Source of the DNA: Dicyema japonicum
Taxonomy: Eukaryota > Animalia > Dicyemida
DNA length: 64,000 bases
Direction of reading: 5' to 3'
NCBI GenBank assembly: GCA_011109175.1
Contig: RDEW01000072.1
Location: 1-64,000 of the forward strand
In this document: positions 61,697 through 64,000 of the stretch, one piece after another
Layout: the number at the start of each line of letters is the position of its first letter
How positions within the stretch are numbered: position 1 is the stretch's first letter
Made by a program: the position numbers and the translations under genes
The notes under the pieces: model-generated
The model's database searches: none
The model's input: the letters and a program-made list of their open reading frames with translations, nothing else
Told to the model about the DNA's origin: nothing

Positions 61697-64000
61697 TGTA
61701 GAGCGAGTCCAAATTTGAGTTGAAACAACATTATATTGTCCAAGGAGTGTTTTAACAAAATTTATCTTTCGTTGTGCCGAAGAGATGACGTTGTCGATGT
61801 GCTTGCTGAAAATCAAAAGTGGGTCGTAAGTTACGCACAGTATCTTGACCCAGTTGGTCGTGGGGATTGATTTTTATTTATGGTTACACATAGAGCGGAG
61901 TTTCTCAATCTTCTGTTTGTTATGAAAATTGTTGTATAAGACTTTTCGGCAATGTATGTAGAATGTTCTTAACGAGCCAACAGTTCATATCGTCCGATGA
62001 AGCTTGTATCCGGTAAACAGCAGTATTAACGCACTTGACTTTGACTGCGATGATTATATCATCCGCATATGTCAGAACCATAGTATCGTCATTTGTAAGG
62101 GAGGACATATCATTTAAGAATAGGTTGAATAGGTGTGGTGAAAGTGGAGATTTTTGAGGGACCCCATTTGGAAGGAACTTGGTCACTTATCTAGTTTTCC
62201 AGCAGTTACTATTCCTCTTCTTCCATTTAAGAAATTTGCGATCCAGATTTTCAGGTAGTTTGTAATTTTTGACGTAGACATCTTCCTTATCAAAAGCTTT
62301 CTTGGAGCAGTGTCGAAAGCTTTTTCTATATCGATGGAGCATAACAAAGACTTCTGATGAGGTTTGCGCTTTAGTCCATCCTAGATGAAATTTGTAAGGC
62401 ATGTAAGATGAGTTTCTGTGGAGTGTCCTTTTCTGAATCCGTGTTGAAAAAGTGCATCAGGAAGGTATGGTTTGACCCTTGACCATATTCTGTACGTTCT
62501 CCACAGAGAGGACAATCGGGGAGGTGGCTCTTTTAGGTTTTGAGGGCTAGGATGGATGGACCTTCGAATTTCTTCTGTGGGATGAAACTCGTGGAGGAGT
62601 AGTACTTCATAATTTTGTTTCTTGTTTTCCATTTCATCACGTGTGGCCGGGTTGTCAGCGTTAATAAAGCTTCTAAGTGTTTTTCACATTTTTGTAGGGG
62701 AGTTCTGCTTGTTTAGATTGGACATGAGGTTTTTACAAACTTTCTCTTGCTTCTTTGCATTGTTCCTGATCTCTCTTTCTAATGTACGATTTCTCAATCT
62801 TGTTTCCCAGGATTGTTTTTTGGAGGCTTTTTAGGTAATTTCTTTCTTTTATGAGTAGATCGGCTCTGGGGAAGACGTATTTCTTGAGGTCAGTGGCCTT
62901 CTTTTAATATTAATTTTCATTTCTTCGCGTACCACTCTATTAAAATAGTGTAGTGCTTTATCGATGGAGTTGAAATTGGATAAATGAAAGTCAAGTTGAT
63001 AATAGTCGACAAAATTTGAGAACTTTTGCCAGTCGACATTTTTGTAGTCAGTAAATAAAACAGGTTTCTTTACAAATTGACACTCTTCCTTCAAACGTAA
63101 TCATAACGGGATTATGGTCACTGCTGGTCTCGTATAGCACTGTTCATTTTGTTAATATTGCGATGTTTGATAAGACAAGAGTGAGATCGGTCATTCTCTT
63201 TGTGGGGAGTCCTTGTATTGAATGTAGGGTTGTCTAATATTATCAGGTCATCCAGATTTGATAACAATTGGTTTCCTCTGACATCCAGCACACCCGTAAA
63301 TTAGAGACGGTTGAATATACTGCATGTAGAGCGAGTCCAAATTTGAGTTGAAACACCCATTATCAAGGAGTGTTTTAACAAAATTTATCTTTCGTTGTGC
63401 CGAAGAGATGACGTTGTCGATGTGCTTGCTGAAGGTCAAGAGTGGGTCGTAAGTTACGCACAGTATCTTGACCGAGTTGGTCGTGGGGATTGAGTTTTTA
63501 TTTATGGTTACACATGGAGCGGAGTTTTCAATCTTCTGTTTGTTATGAAAATTGTTGTATAAGACTTTTCGGGAATGTATGTAGAATGTTCTTAACGAGC
63601 CAACAGTTCATATCGTCCAATGAAGCTTGTATCCGGTAAACAGCAGTATTAACGCACTTGACTTTGACTGCGATGATTATATCATCCGCATATGTCAGAA
63701 TCAGAGTATCGTCATTTGTAAGGGAGGACATATCATTTAAGAATTGGTTGAATAGGTGTGGTGAAAGTGGAGATCTTTGAGGGACCCCATTTGGAAGGAA
63801 CTTGGTCACTGATCTAGTTTTCCAGCAGTTACTATTCCTCTTCTTCCATTTAAGAAATTTGCGATCCAGATTTTCAGGTAGTTTGGAATTTTTGACGTAG
63901 AGATCTTCCTTATCAAAAGCTCTCTTGGAGCAGTGTCGAAAGCTTTTTCTATATCGATGGAGCATAACAAAGACTTCTGATGAGGTTTGCGCTTTAGTCC
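61697..64000 (-). repeat. LINE-derived tandem repeat, locus 2 (unit ~1623 bp), running off the window end
   Basis: Unit marker at 61784 and 63407; near-identical to 52362-55082. Confidence 0.9.

Overview
AT-rich eukaryotic (animal-like) genomic window, mostly decayed transposable elements. A few host genes are split by very short 21-29 nt GT-AG introns, so the ORF track largely misses them. Reconstructed host genes: RNF13/RNF167-like PA-TM-RING-H2 E3 ligase (26458-27697, -), RPA3 (34750-35171, -), mitochondrial ribosomal protein S2 (45294-45988, -, one extra base) and HSD17B7-like 3-ketosteroid reductase (58025-59180, -). Tiny introns, derived proteins and a retained mitoribosome gene suggest a genome-reduced parasite such as a myxozoan; this is inference only. 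Bases 1-19409 are a tandem array of a ~6.7 kb unit. The unit carries a 7-exon gene for a ~281-aa secreted protein with two apparent C-type-lectin-like domains (2 full copies plus the end of a third), an 82-bp 28S rRNA filler fragment, and hAT, LINE and SINE debris. The rest contains Jockey-like LINEs with 2A/StopGo-like motifs before the APE domain, RTE and CRE-like LINEs, a tRNA-derived SINE family sharing its 3' end with an RTE, pogo, MULE, hAT, Ginger-like and Helitron remnants, and a 1.62-kb LINE-derived tandem repeat at two loci. Frequent 1-2 nt indels and two N bases suggest the assembly may carry indel errors, so individual frameshifts need read-level confirmation. All family assignments come from motif recognition by eye, not database searches.
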